28,073 bases of DNA from Candidatus Eiseniibacteriota bacterium (GCA_041483195.1 JBGPFC010000045.1:1-28073); one strand, 5' to 3'; shown: positions 7,608 to 17,799, numbered from the stretch's first letter. A program made the numbers and translations. Notes: a model not told the origin generated them from the sequence alone.

Positions 7608-9767
7608 CTAGTAGCGGTAGCTGACCTCGGCGCTCACCCGCCGCGGCGGCGAAACGTAGAACTGCGAATCCCCGATGTCGCTCTCGCCGATCGCGTGCCG
7701 GTCGTCCGACAGGTTCCGCCCCGTGATCGATACCGAGGCCTTCGCGAAGTCGCCGTGCACGCCAGCGTCCCACTGGGTGAAAGGCGTGTCGAAGAACGTA
7801 TTCCGGCGATTGAACGCCCGCGCGCCCATCGAGCGCGATGCGGCCCACACCCCGACGCGCATCGGCGCCTCATAGGCCACGCGCGCGTTGAACAGGCCCT
7901 TCGGCGCCAGCTCGAGCCGCTTGCCGCTCACGTTGCGCAGTGCGCCACCGGGCGTCACGAACGTGAACTCCACGAAGCGCGCGTCGTGGTACGCGTACCC
8001 ACCGCTCAGAGTCAGTCCCTGAACCATCGAAGGCGCCAGCGTGAGATCGACCTCCTGGCCCTTGAACCGCTCGCGCCCGGCATTGATGAAGATGGGATTG
8101 CCGCCCGCGTCGAGCGTCGAGACCACCATGTTCTCGAAGTCCATCTGGAACCACGAGAGATTCACGGCGACCTGCCGGTCGAGCCCGCGCAGCTTGAGCC
8201 CGCCTTCGACCGAGTGGGTGCGCTCCGGCTCCAGGATCTTCGCGTTCTCGGCTTCCGTCAGATTCGGCGCGGCCGGTTTGAACGAGCTCTTCCAGTTCGC
8301 GTAGAGGTTCACCGCGTCGGATTCGGCCTGCGGCGGCGCGATCCGCGCGAGCAGCGAGATGTCGCCGGACCACGCCCCCGTCGTCTTCGAGTCGTTCGTA
8401 TACTCGGGCGGGCTTCCGACTTCCTGTCCGAACGCGGAGAGCTTCTCGTCTGCGTTGTCGTAGCGGCCGCCCCCCGCGAGCGTCACGCGCGGCTGCGGAG
8501 TCCACGCATCGTGCACGTAGACGCCGGCGAAGGTGCGCCGGTCGCCGAAGCTGCGGTGGTCGCCGATCGGAATGGTCGCCAGCCCCGGGGTGGCGCTATA
8601 GGTCGAGAGCTTCTGATCGAAGTCGAAGCCGATTCCGGACGCGACCGTGCGGCCCCACGTGACCGCGCCGCCCGCGACCAGTTGATGGTCGCCGGCGAGC
8701 CGCGGGGTCGCGAGCCAGCGCACGTCGCCGAAGATCGTCGTCTCGTACGGCGCGAGCAGCACGCCCTCCGATGGGTAGTCGTCGACGGTCGAGGCGTCCA
8801 CGCCCGGGAAGCTGCGCAATGAGATCTGATTGTCGCGCGTGTAGCTCAGGGTGTGCTCGATGCGCCCGCTGCCGAGCGGCCGCGCGAGGTGCACCACCTC
8901 CGAGAACACGCGGTGCTCGAGGAACGCGCCCCCGACCGCGTAGTTGCGATCGAGATCGAAGCCCGGCACCGGAGCGCCCGCGTCCACCGGCAGCGCCGTT
9001 CCCCAATCCTGGTGATCCCGGTACGCGACGAAGTCGAAGCTCGCGTGCGTCGAGCCGAAGTCCCGCGCCAGCGTGAGCGCTCCGCGGTCGACGCTGCCTT
9101 CGGTGCGGTCCTGCCACCCATCGGCGCGCTGCAGCATTCCACTCGCCCGCAGCGTGAAGCCGCGGGGGAGCACGCGGCTCGCCTCGCCCTGCGCGTGCAT
9201 GGTCGAGAACGACCCGCCGCCCAGGGTCAGGTGTTCATGGCCCGTCTCTTCCTGCCGCGTGAAGACCTGCACCATGCCGGCGAACGCGGAGACGCCGTAA
9301 AGCGAGCCCTGCGGGCCCTTCACGATCTCGATGCGCTCGACGTCCTCGACCGGAATCTGCGAGAGCGAGGGATTGAAGGGTCCCCCGACCGGCACTCCGT
9401 CGAGCGTGATGAGCAGGGCGTCGAACTCCTTGAGCCCCCACATCCCGATGTTCGGGAGCCGCGCCCCGTTGTCGGACCCATCGCCCGTGTCCACCCCGAC
9501 CACGTCCTGAATCGCGTCGGCCACCGTGCGCGCGCCGCGGCGCCGCAGCTCGGCGCCGCTCACCACCGTCGCGCCGTTCGGGACGTTGACCGGATCCTGA
9601 GCGGATCGGGTCGCCGACACGATGATCTCGTACTTCGATGGCTCGTGCTTCGCCACCGGGGCTTCTTCCCCAGTCGCGACGCGCGCGAGCGAGCATGCCG
9701 TGACCGCGAATGCGCAGGCCATCACGCTCCGGAGCGGGCGCGCGCCCGCCGGTTTCCATTTCCACAT
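7608..9767 (-). CDS. TonB-dependent outer-membrane receptor (start re-called to ATG 9767)
   Basis: Signal peptide, TonB box-like EIIVSATR, plug VERIEIVKGPQGSLYG, LEPERTHSVEGG, NLSD, aromatic C-terminus SYRY; AAGGA RBS. Confidence 0.93.
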   Translation of the reverse strand: MWKWKPAGARPLRSVMACAFAVTACSLARVATGEEAPVAKHEPSKYEIIVSATRSAQDPVNVPNGATVVSGAELRRRGARTVADAIQDVVGVDTGDGSDNGARLPNIGMWGLKEFDALLITLDGVPVGGPFNPSLSQIPVEDVERIEIVKGPQGSLYGVSAFAGMVQVFTRQEETGHEHLTLGGGSFSTMHAQGEASRVLPRGFTLRASGMLQRADGWQDRTEGSVDRGALTLARDFGSTHASFDFVAYRDHQDWGTALPVDAGAPVPGFDLDRNYAVGGAFLEHRVFSEVVHLARPLGSGRIEHTLSYTRDNQISLRSFPGVDASTVDDYPSEGVLLAPYETTIFGDVRWLATPRLAGDHQLVAGGAVTWGRTVASGIGFDFDQKLSTYSATPGLATIPIGDHRSFGDRRTFAGVYVHDAWTPQPRVTLAGGGRYDNADEKLSAFGQEVGSPPEYTNDSKTTGAWSGDISLLARIAPPQAESDAVNLYANWKSSFKPAAPNLTEAENAKILEPERTHSVEGGLKLRGLDRQVAVNLSWFQMDFENMVVSTLDAGGNPIFINAGRERFKGQEVDLTLAPSMVQGLTLSGGYAYHDARFVEFTFVTPGGALRNVSGKRLELAPKGLFNARVAYEAPMRVGVWAASRSMGARAFNRRNTFFDTPFTQWDAGVHGDFAKASVSITGRNLSDDRHAIGESDIGDSQFYVSPPRRVSAEVSYRY

Positions 9768-9831
9768 GATCTCGTCCTTTCGGTTTTCGGTATCGAGCAA
9801 CAGCGTGCACGACCGTCGAAGGGACGAGCGA

Positions 9832-10485
9832 TCAGTTCCGGAGCGGGGTGAACCTCGGAAGGGAAGCCGGGCGCCGGATGGAACCGGCGAACGTCTCGCG
9901 GGGCGCGGCACGCGCGATCTCACGGGTCGCGCCCGGGGCCGGGAGGGCCTCATCGCGCGGCGCGGGCGAAACGGCCTGGCCATCGCGAGCGCTCCCGAGC
10001 GCCGCGCGGGGCGCGGCGAGCCCGGCCCCCGGTCGGGAGCGATCGTGCACCAGGCCGCTCCACCAGCCGTTCTCGTGAAACCGATCGAACTCAGGCGGCG
10101 CCGCGGCGTCGCCCACGATCTCGAACATCGTTCCGGGCTCGGCCTCGATCTCGCGTTCCTCCACGCCTAGCCTGAGCCGCAGGCGTGCGGAGCTGGTCGC
10201 GAGATTGGGCACGCGCCACAGATAGCGTCCCGCTCGAGGGTCGCACTCCGGAGTGACGCGCACCGCGTAGTGCCGTCCGCCATCGAGCGAGAGCAGGATC
10301 TCGAGCTCCTCGACATTCGAGGGCAGCGTGTTCCAGCGCAGCTCGACCAGGTCGCCGGCATGCACCGTCGTCGCGGTCATCACGACCCGGGCGTCGAACG
10401 GAGCGCGGGCCGCGGCCACCCAGGCGGGGGCCACGGTCAGGATCGCGGCGAGCGCGATCGGTCGAAGGTCGATGCGAGCGTTCAT
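9832..10485 (-). CDS. Secreted hypothetical protein with an Ig/FN3-like beta domain
   Basis: Signal peptide (IALAAILTVAPAWVAA); GDLVELRW...LEILLSLDGG...YLWRVPNL...ARLRLR pattern; GGAG RBS; co-directional with the receptor. Confidence 0.65.
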   Translation of the reverse strand: MNARIDLRPIALAAILTVAPAWVAAARAPFDARVVMTATTVHAGDLVELRWNTLPSNVEELEILLSLDGGRHYAVRVTPECDPRAGRYLWRVPNLATSSARLRLRLGVEEREIEAEPGTMFEIVGDAAAPPEFDRFHENGWWSGLVHDRSRPGAGLAAPRAALGSARDGQAVSPAPRDEALPAPGATREIARAAPRETFAGSIRRPASLPRFTPLRN

Positions 10486-10690
10486 GGACTCCGGATGGAA
10501 AGGGCCGAGAACACGTGAGAGCGCGGAATCTTACCGGACGCGGGCCCGTTTGAGGTGGGCTAAATGCGCCGGTCCGGCGCCGCGCCCGGTCCGGAACTGC
10601 CGTCTTCCGGGCCGGACCTCCACGCCAAACCCCTTCAGCGCGGGGCTCGAAGGGCCGATTCTACACGACAGGCCTGCTCGGAAGCGTGGC

Positions 10691-12001
10691 ATGTCGCCGC
10701 GGTCCAATCGAAGGAAGCGCACCCCATTGAAGCCGTTCCCATCGCCCTGGCAGAGCCTGCTCGAACCCTTCAAGGCGGGTGAGTGGCACGAGTGCGCGGA
10801 TATTCTCCGCCCGCACGTCGACCAGCACCCCGACGAGCTCGCGAGCCGGATGCTGCTCGCCGCGATCTACCAGCGGCTAGAGAATCCCGGGCTCGCCCAG
10901 GTGCAGCTCGAGCGCGCGCTGCCGCTCGCGGTCGGGCAGGGCGATCTGTTCCGCGCGATCGGAGTGCAGAAGCAGATCGACGTGATTCGCGCCCGCACCC
11001 GCCTCCACCGGCAGCGCTACATCGCGATCCACCAGTGGTTCGGCTCGCTGTCCCGGACGCAGGCCCAGCCGGCGAGCGCGGCGCTCACGCCGCGCGCGCT
11101 GCTCGCGCTCGCCCCGCGTGAGTTCGACGAGATCGCCATCGCATGCGTGCTCGAAGATCTGGGACTCGAACCGCGTGAGATCGCGTGCGATGCCGAGACC
11201 GCCCGGGTCATCCTCTACGGCCGGGTGCGATGGACTGAGGCGCCATCGCCCGACCGAGCAGCTACCGAACTGATCGCGGAAGCGCACGAGCTGATCGCCT
11301 CCGGGACGGATGAAACCCCCGGCACATCGCTCAAGCTCGAGTGCGATCTGCCGTCGGCCTGTCTGCGCTTCGATCTGTCGCTGCTCCGGCGAGTGCAGTC
11401 GCGCGCGACGTCCGCGGCGGGCGCCGCGGGCGGGCGCGAACCACGCAAGCAGCGCTCGAAGACCGCGCCCGCGAACTCGACAGAGCCCGCCACGGCCCCG
11501 CCCGAGCGTCCGCGGCCCGACCCGGTGGCCGAGCCGGTGATCGCGGTCGGGGCGCCGATCGAGCGCCGCCGCGGCACGCGCGTGACCGCGACGCTCGAGA
11601 CCCGGGTGGCGCTGCTCGGGATCTCGGGCACGCGGGTCGCGCCCTTCGGCGGCCGGCTCCTCGATCTCTCGCCGAGTGGAATGGGCGTGGGCTTCCCGCG
11701 CGGCGAGATCCGCCACATCCGCGAAGAACTCGAGGGCGCGCTGCTCGACGTCGAGCTCAAGCTCGACCGGCGCGGCGAGCCGCTCGAGCTCACCTGCCGC
11801 GTGCGCTGGGTCTCGTTCGACGGCCCGGATGGAGCCGCCGAACCCGACGAGCTCGCCCGGCTCGGACTCGAGTTCGTGCTGCTGACCGCGCGCGCGCGCA
11901 CGCGCATTCAGGACGCGCTGATTCGCGCCACGCATTCCGGGAAGCCGCTGGGCTCCGAGCTCGAGGGAAAAGAACTCGACGGAGGAAAGCAGGCGGCCTA
12001 G
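10691..12001 (+). CDS. TPR-like / degenerate cNMP-binding / PilZ multidomain protein (start uncertain, ATG 10691 or TTG 10727)
   Basis: C-terminal PilZ motifs ERRRGTR (RxxxR) and DLSPSG (DxSxxG), CRVRWV...LGLEF; helical TPR-like N-terminus. Confidence 0.75.
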   Translation: MSPRSNRRKRTPLKPFPSPWQSLLEPFKAGEWHECADILRPHVDQHPDELASRMLLAAIYQRLENPGLAQVQLERALPLAVGQGDLFRAIGVQKQIDVIRARTRLHRQRYIAIHQWFGSLSRTQAQPASAALTPRALLALAPREFDEIAIACVLEDLGLEPREIACDAETARVILYGRVRWTEAPSPDRAATELIAEAHELIASGTDETPGTSLKLECDLPSACLRFDLSLLRRVQSRATSAAGAAGGREPRKQRSKTAPANSTEPATAPPERPRPDPVAEPVIAVGAPIERRRGTRVTATLETRVALLGISGTRVAPFGGRLLDLSPSGMGVGFPRGEIRHIREELEGALLDVELKLDRRGEPLELTCRVRWVSFDGPDGAAEPDELARLGLEFVLLTARARTRIQDALIRATHSGKPLGSELEGKELDGGKQAA

Positions 12002-12062
12002 TCTGTGCGGCGCGGCGACCTTAGCCCCCGAACCCGCATCTCCCGGGGTCGGTCGCCTCCTC

Positions 12063-12971
12063 ATGACGACCTCCTCCGCCGCGATCTCGCCCGCCGCCCG
12101 CCTGCGCACGTACGCCTCGTTCGTGCGCTTCGAGCACACGCTGTTTTCGCTGCCGCTCATGCTGGCCGGCATCTTCAGCGCGCCAGGGTCCACGCTCCCG
12201 CTCGCACGCTGGGGGCTGATCGTGCTCGCAGCGGTGGCGGCGCGCACCTGCGCGATGGCGCTGAACCGCCTCATCGATCGCCGCCTCGACGCAATCAACC
12301 CGCGCACCATGTCGCGCGAGCTGCCGGCCGGCCGCATGCGGCTCGGCGAAGCGATCGCGCTGCTGGTCGTGAGCGCCGCGTTCTACGTCGCCGCCTGCGC
12401 AGCGCTCGGAACCTGGTATCTCGCGGCGGCGCCGCTGCCGCTCCTGGTGTTCGTCGTCTACCCCTACCTGAAGCGCGTCACGCCCTTCTGCCATTTCGGA
12501 GTGGGGCTCGCGCTCGCGCTCGCGCCGCTCGCGGGCTACGCGGCCGCGCATCCCGATCTCGCGCGCCCGGGGCCCGCCATCGCGCTCGCGGGGTTCGCGC
12601 TGTTCTGGGTGAGCGGCTTCGACGTCATCTACGCAACGCTCGACGAGGAATTCGACCGCGCCCAGGGCGTGCACTCGATGGTCGCGTGGCTCGGACGCGC
12701 GCGGGCGCTGCGGATCTCGGGCGCTTTGCACTCGATCGCGAGCCTCTGGCTGCTCGCGGCCGCCGTGCTCGCGGGCGCGCCCTGGACCGGCGGCCCGGCG
12801 TGGCGGATGGCGCCGCCGCTCGTGCTGTGGGGCGTGTGCTTCGTGCTCCTCCAGCTCGAGCAGAGGTGGGCGGAGCACGTGAACCTCGCGTTCTTCAAGG
12901 TGAACGTGTGGGTGGGCTTCGCGGTGCTGGCGATGGTGATGGCCGCCCGCGCGGTGTCGGGCGGGTTCTGA
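12063..12971 (+). CDS. ubiA: UbiA-family aromatic polyprenyltransferase (MqnP-like)
   Basis: FEHTLFSLP, NRLIDRRLDAINPRT..RELPAG, YPYLKR, GFDVIYATLDEEFD, LAFFKVN. Confidence 0.9.
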   Translation: MTTSSAAISPAARLRTYASFVRFEHTLFSLPLMLAGIFSAPGSTLPLARWGLIVLAAVAARTCAMALNRLIDRRLDAINPRTMSRELPAGRMRLGEAIALLVVSAAFYVAACAALGTWYLAAAPLPLLVFVVYPYLKRVTPFCHFGVGLALALAPLAGYAAAHPDLARPGPAIALAGFALFWVSGFDVIYATLDEEFDRAQGVHSMVAWLGRARALRISGALHSIASLWLLAAAVLAGAPWTGGPAWRMAPPLVLWGVCFVLLQLEQRWAEHVNLAFFKVNVWVGFAVLAMVMAARAVSGGF

Positions 12972-13525
12972 TGGCGCGTTACCTGATCGGCATGACCGGC
13001 GCCTCGGGCGCGGTGTACGGCGTGGACTTCGTGAAGCGCTGCCCCGGCGAGAAGTATCTCGTCCTCTCCGACTGGGCGCGGCAGGTGCTTCACGGCGAGA
13101 CCGGTCTCAAGCCCTCCGATCTCGAGCCGCACGTGAAGAAGATCTTCTCCGATGCCGACCTGGCCGCGCCGTTCGCGTCGGGCTCGAACCGCTACGACGC
13201 CTACGTGATCCTCCCGTGCAGCGTCTCGACGCTCGCGAAGATCGCGGTCGGCATCGCCGACACGCTGGTCACGCGCGCGGCAGCGGTCGCGCTCAAGGAG
13301 CGCATGCGCATGGTGCTGTGCGTGCGCGAGAGCCCGCTCAGCTCGATCGCGCTCGAGAACGCGCTCAAGCTCTCCCGCGAGGGGGTGGTCATCATGCCGG
13401 TCTCGCCGCCCTGGTACCGCAACCCGCGCTCGCTCGACGACCTGGTGGCCGGTTTCACCGACAAGGTGCTGGCGCTGCTCGGCGAGGACGCGGGCCACGG
13501 CTGGCGCGAGGACGAGCTGGAGTGA
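12971..13525 (+). CDS. ubiX: Flavin prenyltransferase UbiX
   Basis: GMTGASGAVYG, APFASGS, PCSVSTLAKIA.G.ADTLVTRAA.V.LKER, RESPL; TGATG overlap with ubiA. Confidence 0.95.
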   Translation: MARYLIGMTGASGAVYGVDFVKRCPGEKYLVLSDWARQVLHGETGLKPSDLEPHVKKIFSDADLAAPFASGSNRYDAYVILPCSVSTLAKIAVGIADTLVTRAAAVALKERMRMVLCVRESPLSSIALENALKLSREGVVIMPVSPPWYRNPRSLDDLVAGFTDKVLALLGEDAGHGWREDELE

Positions 13526-15942
13526 GCGGGCCGCGCGAGGACGCCGGAAAGCTCATCGCCCACTTCCGCATCACGGGCACGCTCGGCGCGGGCGGCATGG
13601 GCGTGGTCTACCGCGCGCGCGACGAGCAGCTGGCGCGCGACGTGGCGCTCAAGCTGCTGCCGCCCGAGCTGACATCGGATCCCGCCGCGCGCGCGCGCCT
13701 GCTGCGCGAGGCGCGGCTCGCGTCCGCCCTCGCCCATCCGGGAATCTGCGCCGTGTACGAGGTCGGCGAGGACCGCGGCCAGCTCTACATCGCGATGGAG
13801 CTGATCGACGGCCGCCCCCTCGACGAGCGCATTCCGCCCCACGGCCTGCCGCCTCCGGTCGCGATCGACTACGGCATCCAGATCGCGGCGGCGCTCGCGC
13901 ACGCGCACGCCTCGGGCGTGATCCACCGCGATCTCAAGAGCGCGAACGTGATGGTCGCGGCCGACGGGCGCGTGCGGGTGCTGGACTTCGGCATCGCGAA
14001 GCTGATGCCGGGGATGCCGGGCGCCACGGCCGGCGCGCTCACCACCACGACCGGCGTCATGCAGGGCACGCCGCAGTACATGGCCCCCGAGCTGCTGCGC
14101 GGCGAGGCCGCGGACGCGCGCACCGACCTGTGGTCGCTGGGCGTCGTGCTGTTCGAGATGGCCGCCGGCGCGCTGCCGTTCCGCGGCGAGACCGGGTTCG
14201 AGCTGGGCGCGGCGATCCTGAACGCGGAGCCGCTGCCGCTGCCGGCGTCGCTGCCGGCGGGATTGCGCGCCGTGATCGCGCGCTGCCTCGCGAAGGATCC
14301 GGCGCGGCGCTACCAGCAGGCGGTCGAGGTGCGCGCCGCGCTCGAGATGGTGCGCGGCGAGCCGGGCGCGTCCTCCGCAACGCCGGCCGCGCCGCCCGCC
14401 GCCGCGCCACCGCGCGGCCCGCGCTCGCGGCTCGCGACGATCGCCGCGATCCTGATTCCGGTCCTCGCCCTGCTCGCGCTCGCGCTCGACCAGGGCGGGG
14501 TGCGCACCCGGCTCGTCGACGCCGCGCGCAGGCTGACCGGCGGACGCGCGGGATCCGAACGCGTGCGCTCGCTCGCCGTGCTCCCGCTCGAGAATCTCTC
14601 CCGCGATCCGGATCAGGAGTTCTTCGCGGACGGCATGACCGACGAGCTCATCACGCGGCTAGCAGGCCTCGAGGGCGTGCGCGTCATCTCGCGCACCTCG
14701 ACCATGCGATACAAGGGCACCACCAAGGGCATCCCGCAGATCGGGCGCGAGCTGGGGGTGGACGCCGTGATCGAGGGCAGCGCGCTGCGCGCGGGCGGAC
14801 GCGTCCGCATCACGGCCCAGCTGATCCAGGCCGCGCAGGACCGGCACCTGTGGGCGCAGAGCTACGAGCGCGACATGAGCGACGTGCTCGCGCTGCAGGG
14901 CGAGGTGGCCGGCGCGATCGCCGGCGAGATCCGCGCGACGCTGAATCCCGACGCGCGAGCGCGGGCGGCGGCGGCCCGGCGCGTGAGCCCGGAGGCGTAC
15001 GACGCCTATCTCAAGGGGCGCTTTCTGTGGAGCCGTCGCGACGCGCAGGGCATCCGTGGCGCCGTCGCCCAGTTCCAGCGAGCGGTCGCGATCGATTCGA
15101 GCTACGCGCTGGGCTGGGCCGGGCTCGCGAGCGCCTACGTGCTTGCGCCCAGCTACGCCGACGCGCCGGCGGTCGAAGCGTTCGCGCGCGCGAGGAATGC
15201 GGCGGCGCGGGCGCTCGCGCTCGACTCGACGCTCAGCGACGCCCACGCCGCGCTGGCCGAGGCGAAGCTGATCGGCGACTGGGATTGGAAAGGCGCCGGA
15301 GTGGAATTCCGGCGGGCACTCGAGATCAATCCCAACGACGCCACCGCGCATCACTGGTACTCGAACTACCTGTCCGCGCTCGGCAGGAAAGACGAGGCAC
15401 TCGACGAGATGGACAGGGCACAGGCTCTGGATCCGCTCTCGCTCATCACTCGCTGCACGCGCGGCACCCGCCTCTGGGAGAACGGACGCGAGGAGGAGGC
15501 CTTCGCCCTACTGCGCGACGTGATCCAGCGCGATCCCTCCTTCGAGATGAGCTACCTGCAACTGAATGATTTCTACGAATCGAGCGGGAATCTTCGAGAG
15601 GCCGTGCTCTGGGGGGCGCGGTTCGACTCGTTGAGCGGCATGCCCCCCGAGGCCGCGCGGCGAGCCATGGCCGCGCTCGACAGGGAAGGACCACGCGGCT
15701 ACTACCGCGAGGAGCTTCGCTGGCTGGATACGTACAAGGTGGTCGCGCCCCCTCCTTCCACGATCTACGCCCACTGCTACCTGCGGCTCGGCGACCGCCG
15801 GCGCGCGCTCGACATGCTGAAGCGGTCGATCGATCGGCACGAGGACGATGCGATGTTCCTGCGGGTGTCTCCGTGGTTCGAGCCGCTGCGCTCCGATCCG
15901 GAGTTCAAGGCGTTGCTCGCGCGCATCGGGCTCGGCTCGTGA
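13522..15942 (+). CDS. Hanks-type Ser/Thr kinase with TM segment, TolB-N-like domain and TPR repeats
   Basis: LGAGGMGVVY, VALK, HRDLKSANV, DFG, GTPQYMAPE, DLWSLG; SLAVLPLENLS...FADGMTDELI; TPRs; GTG 13522 overlaps the ubiX stop. Confidence 0.93.
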   Translation: MSGPREDAGKLIAHFRITGTLGAGGMGVVYRARDEQLARDVALKLLPPELTSDPAARARLLREARLASALAHPGICAVYEVGEDRGQLYIAMELIDGRPLDERIPPHGLPPPVAIDYGIQIAAALAHAHASGVIHRDLKSANVMVAADGRVRVLDFGIAKLMPGMPGATAGALTTTTGVMQGTPQYMAPELLRGEAADARTDLWSLGVVLFEMAAGALPFRGETGFELGAAILNAEPLPLPASLPAGLRAVIARCLAKDPARRYQQAVEVRAALEMVRGEPGASSATPAAPPAAAPPRGPRSRLATIAAILIPVLALLALALDQGGVRTRLVDAARRLTGGRAGSERVRSLAVLPLENLSRDPDQEFFADGMTDELITRLAGLEGVRVISRTSTMRYKGTTKGIPQIGRELGVDAVIEGSALRAGGRVRITAQLIQAAQDRHLWAQSYERDMSDVLALQGEVAGAIAGEIRATLNPDARARAAAARRVSPEAYDAYLKGRFLWSRRDAQGIRGAVAQFQRAVAIDSSYALGWAGLASAYVLAPSYADAPAVEAFARARNAAARALALDSTLSDAHAALAEAKLIGDWDWKGAGVEFRRALEINPNDATAHHWYSNYLSALGRKDEALDEMDRAQALDPLSLITRCTRGTRLWENGREEEAFALLRDVIQRDPSFEMSYLQLNDFYESSGNLREAVLWGARFDSLSGMPPEAARRAMAALDREGPRGYYREELRWLDTYKVVAPPPSTIYAHCYLRLGDRRRALDMLKRSIDRHEDDAMFLRVSPWFEPLRSDPEFKALLARIGLGS

Positions 15943-17735
15943 CCGGCCACCGCACGCTCGGCGCGTTCCTTTCGGAGCTCGAGCGCCGCGGCGACCTGAA
16001 GCGCGTGACGCGCGAGGTGGACTGGCGGTGTGAGGTGACCGAGATCGCATCGCGCGAGGCGAAGGTGGAGGGCCCGGCGCTGCTGTTCGAGAGGGTGCGC
16101 GGCTCGACCCTCCCGCTCGCCCTCAACGTGCTCGCCGCGCGGCGGCGGATCGAGTGGGCGCTGGGCCGCACGCCGGCCGCGGTCGGCGCCGAGCTGGCGA
16201 CGCTGCTGCACGCGGTGCCGCCGCGGCGCCTCGGCGACCTGTGGAAGCTGCGCGGCAGCGCGGGGCGCGTGCTCGCGATGCGGCCCAAGCGGCTCCGCGG
16301 CTATCCCGCGCACGACGTCGCGCCCGACGGAGATCTCGCGGCGCATCCCCATCTCCAGCTGTGGCCACACGACGGCGGGCGCTTCATCACGTTCGGTCTC
16401 GTCCACACCGAGCATCCCGAGACGCGCACGCGCAACCTCGGCGTCTATCGCATGCATATCTTCGACCCGCGGACGACCGGCATGCACTGGCAGATCGGCA
16501 AGGGCGGCGGCTTTCACTACCACGTCGCGGAAAGGCACGGGCGGGATCTCGAGGTCGCGGTCGCGGTGGGCGCCGACCCATGCACGCTGCTCGCGGCGGT
16601 CTCGCCGCTGCCCGAGGGCATCGACGAGCTGGCGTTCGCGGGCTTCCTGCGCGGCGCGCCCACGCGCATCACGCGCGCGCGGACCCTCGGCATCGACGTG
16701 CTGGCCGACGCGGAGTTCATATACGAAGGCGTGGTGCCCGCACGCGAGCGCCGCATGGAGGGGCCGTTCGGCGACCACTTCGGCCACTACTCGCACGCGG
16801 CCCCGTTCCCGGTGTTTCATCTCAAGTCGGTCGCCGCGCGGCGCGGCGCGATCTGCCAGGCGAGCGTGGTGGGCAAGCCGCCGCAGGAGGACAAGTACAT
16901 CGGCGAGGCGGTGCAGGAGTTCTTCACCGGCGTGCTGCGCGTGATCCATCCCGAGGTGCGCGACCTGTGGGCCTACTTCGAGGCCGGCTTCCACAACCTG
17001 CTCGCGGTGGCGGTCGAGAACCGCTTCGCGAAGGAGGGCAAGAAGTCGGCGCTCGGCCTGATGGGCTTAGGCCAACTCTCGCTCACCAAGGCGATCGTGC
17101 TGCTCGACGCCGGCGTGAACCCGCGCGACCGGGCGGCGGTGTTCGGCGCGATCGCGCGGCACTTCGATCCAGCTGAAGACTTCTTGCTGCTGCCGTCGGT
17201 GCCGCTCGACACGCTCGACTTCACCAGCTACACCATGAACCTCGGCAGCAAGATGGTGATCGACGCGCAGTCGAAGCCCGGTCGCGAAGCGAGCGCGCCG
17301 ATTTCGAACGTCGCGGACCCGCGGGCGTTCGACCCGGCCATCACAGCATCGAGGCTCGCGTGGGGCGGAATGCTGGTGGTGCAGGTGAAGGGCGCGGTCG
17401 AGGGCGATGGTCCCGCGGCGGACGCGGCCTCGCCGGGCCGCGCGGTGATCGAGCGCCTGGTGCGCCGGCCGGAGTACGCGGCCGTGAAGCTGATCGTCGC
17501 GGTGAGCGGCGACGTGACGCTCGGCGACGACGAGGCGTTGCTGTGGGGCATCTTCACGCGCTTCGATTGCGCGCGCGACATCGTGCCCGCCGCCGCCGAG
17601 ACCCGCGGCGCGTGGCTCACGTGCAGGGGTCCGCTCGGAATCGACGCCTCGTGGAAACGCGGCTACCCGGACCCGGTCGCGAACGAGCCGGAGGTGGTGG
17701 CGCGGGTGGATGGATGGTGGGGGAAGACGACTTAG
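15939..17735 (+). CDS. ubiD: UbiD-family prFMN-dependent decarboxylase (long, menaquinone MqnL-like)
   Basis: WPHDGGRFIT, NLGVYRM, MHWQIGK, EGPFGDHFGHY, VGKPPQED, DTLD; GTG 15939 overlaps the kinase stop. Confidence 0.93.
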   Translation: MTGHRTLGAFLSELERRGDLKRVTREVDWRCEVTEIASREAKVEGPALLFERVRGSTLPLALNVLAARRRIEWALGRTPAAVGAELATLLHAVPPRRLGDLWKLRGSAGRVLAMRPKRLRGYPAHDVAPDGDLAAHPHLQLWPHDGGRFITFGLVHTEHPETRTRNLGVYRMHIFDPRTTGMHWQIGKGGGFHYHVAERHGRDLEVAVAVGADPCTLLAAVSPLPEGIDELAFAGFLRGAPTRITRARTLGIDVLADAEFIYEGVVPARERRMEGPFGDHFGHYSHAAPFPVFHLKSVAARRGAICQASVVGKPPQEDKYIGEAVQEFFTGVLRVIHPEVRDLWAYFEAGFHNLLAVAVENRFAKEGKKSALGLMGLGQLSLTKAIVLLDAGVNPRDRAAVFGAIARHFDPAEDFLLLPSVPLDTLDFTSYTMNLGSKMVIDAQSKPGREASAPISNVADPRAFDPAITASRLAWGGMLVVQVKGAVEGDGPAADAASPGRAVIERLVRRPEYAAVKLIVAVSGDVTLGDDEALLWGIFTRFDCARDIVPAAAETRGAWLTCRGPLGIDASWKRGYPDPVANEPEVVARVDGWWGKTT

Positions 17736-17799
17736 GCCCCTCGGGAGCGAAACTGACTTGAGGTGCACGAGCGACAGTCTCGGACAAAATCCGCCGGGG

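Noticed and set aside
9806..9819. TGCAC-GACC-GTCGA as a LexA box before the TonB receptor
   Set aside because: Single site with two mismatches in one half; plausible by chance in GC-rich DNA
15280..15720. Apparent drop in GC3 within the kinase TPR region suggesting a swapped sensor segment
   Set aside because: Visual impression only; not quantified and no breakpoints seen
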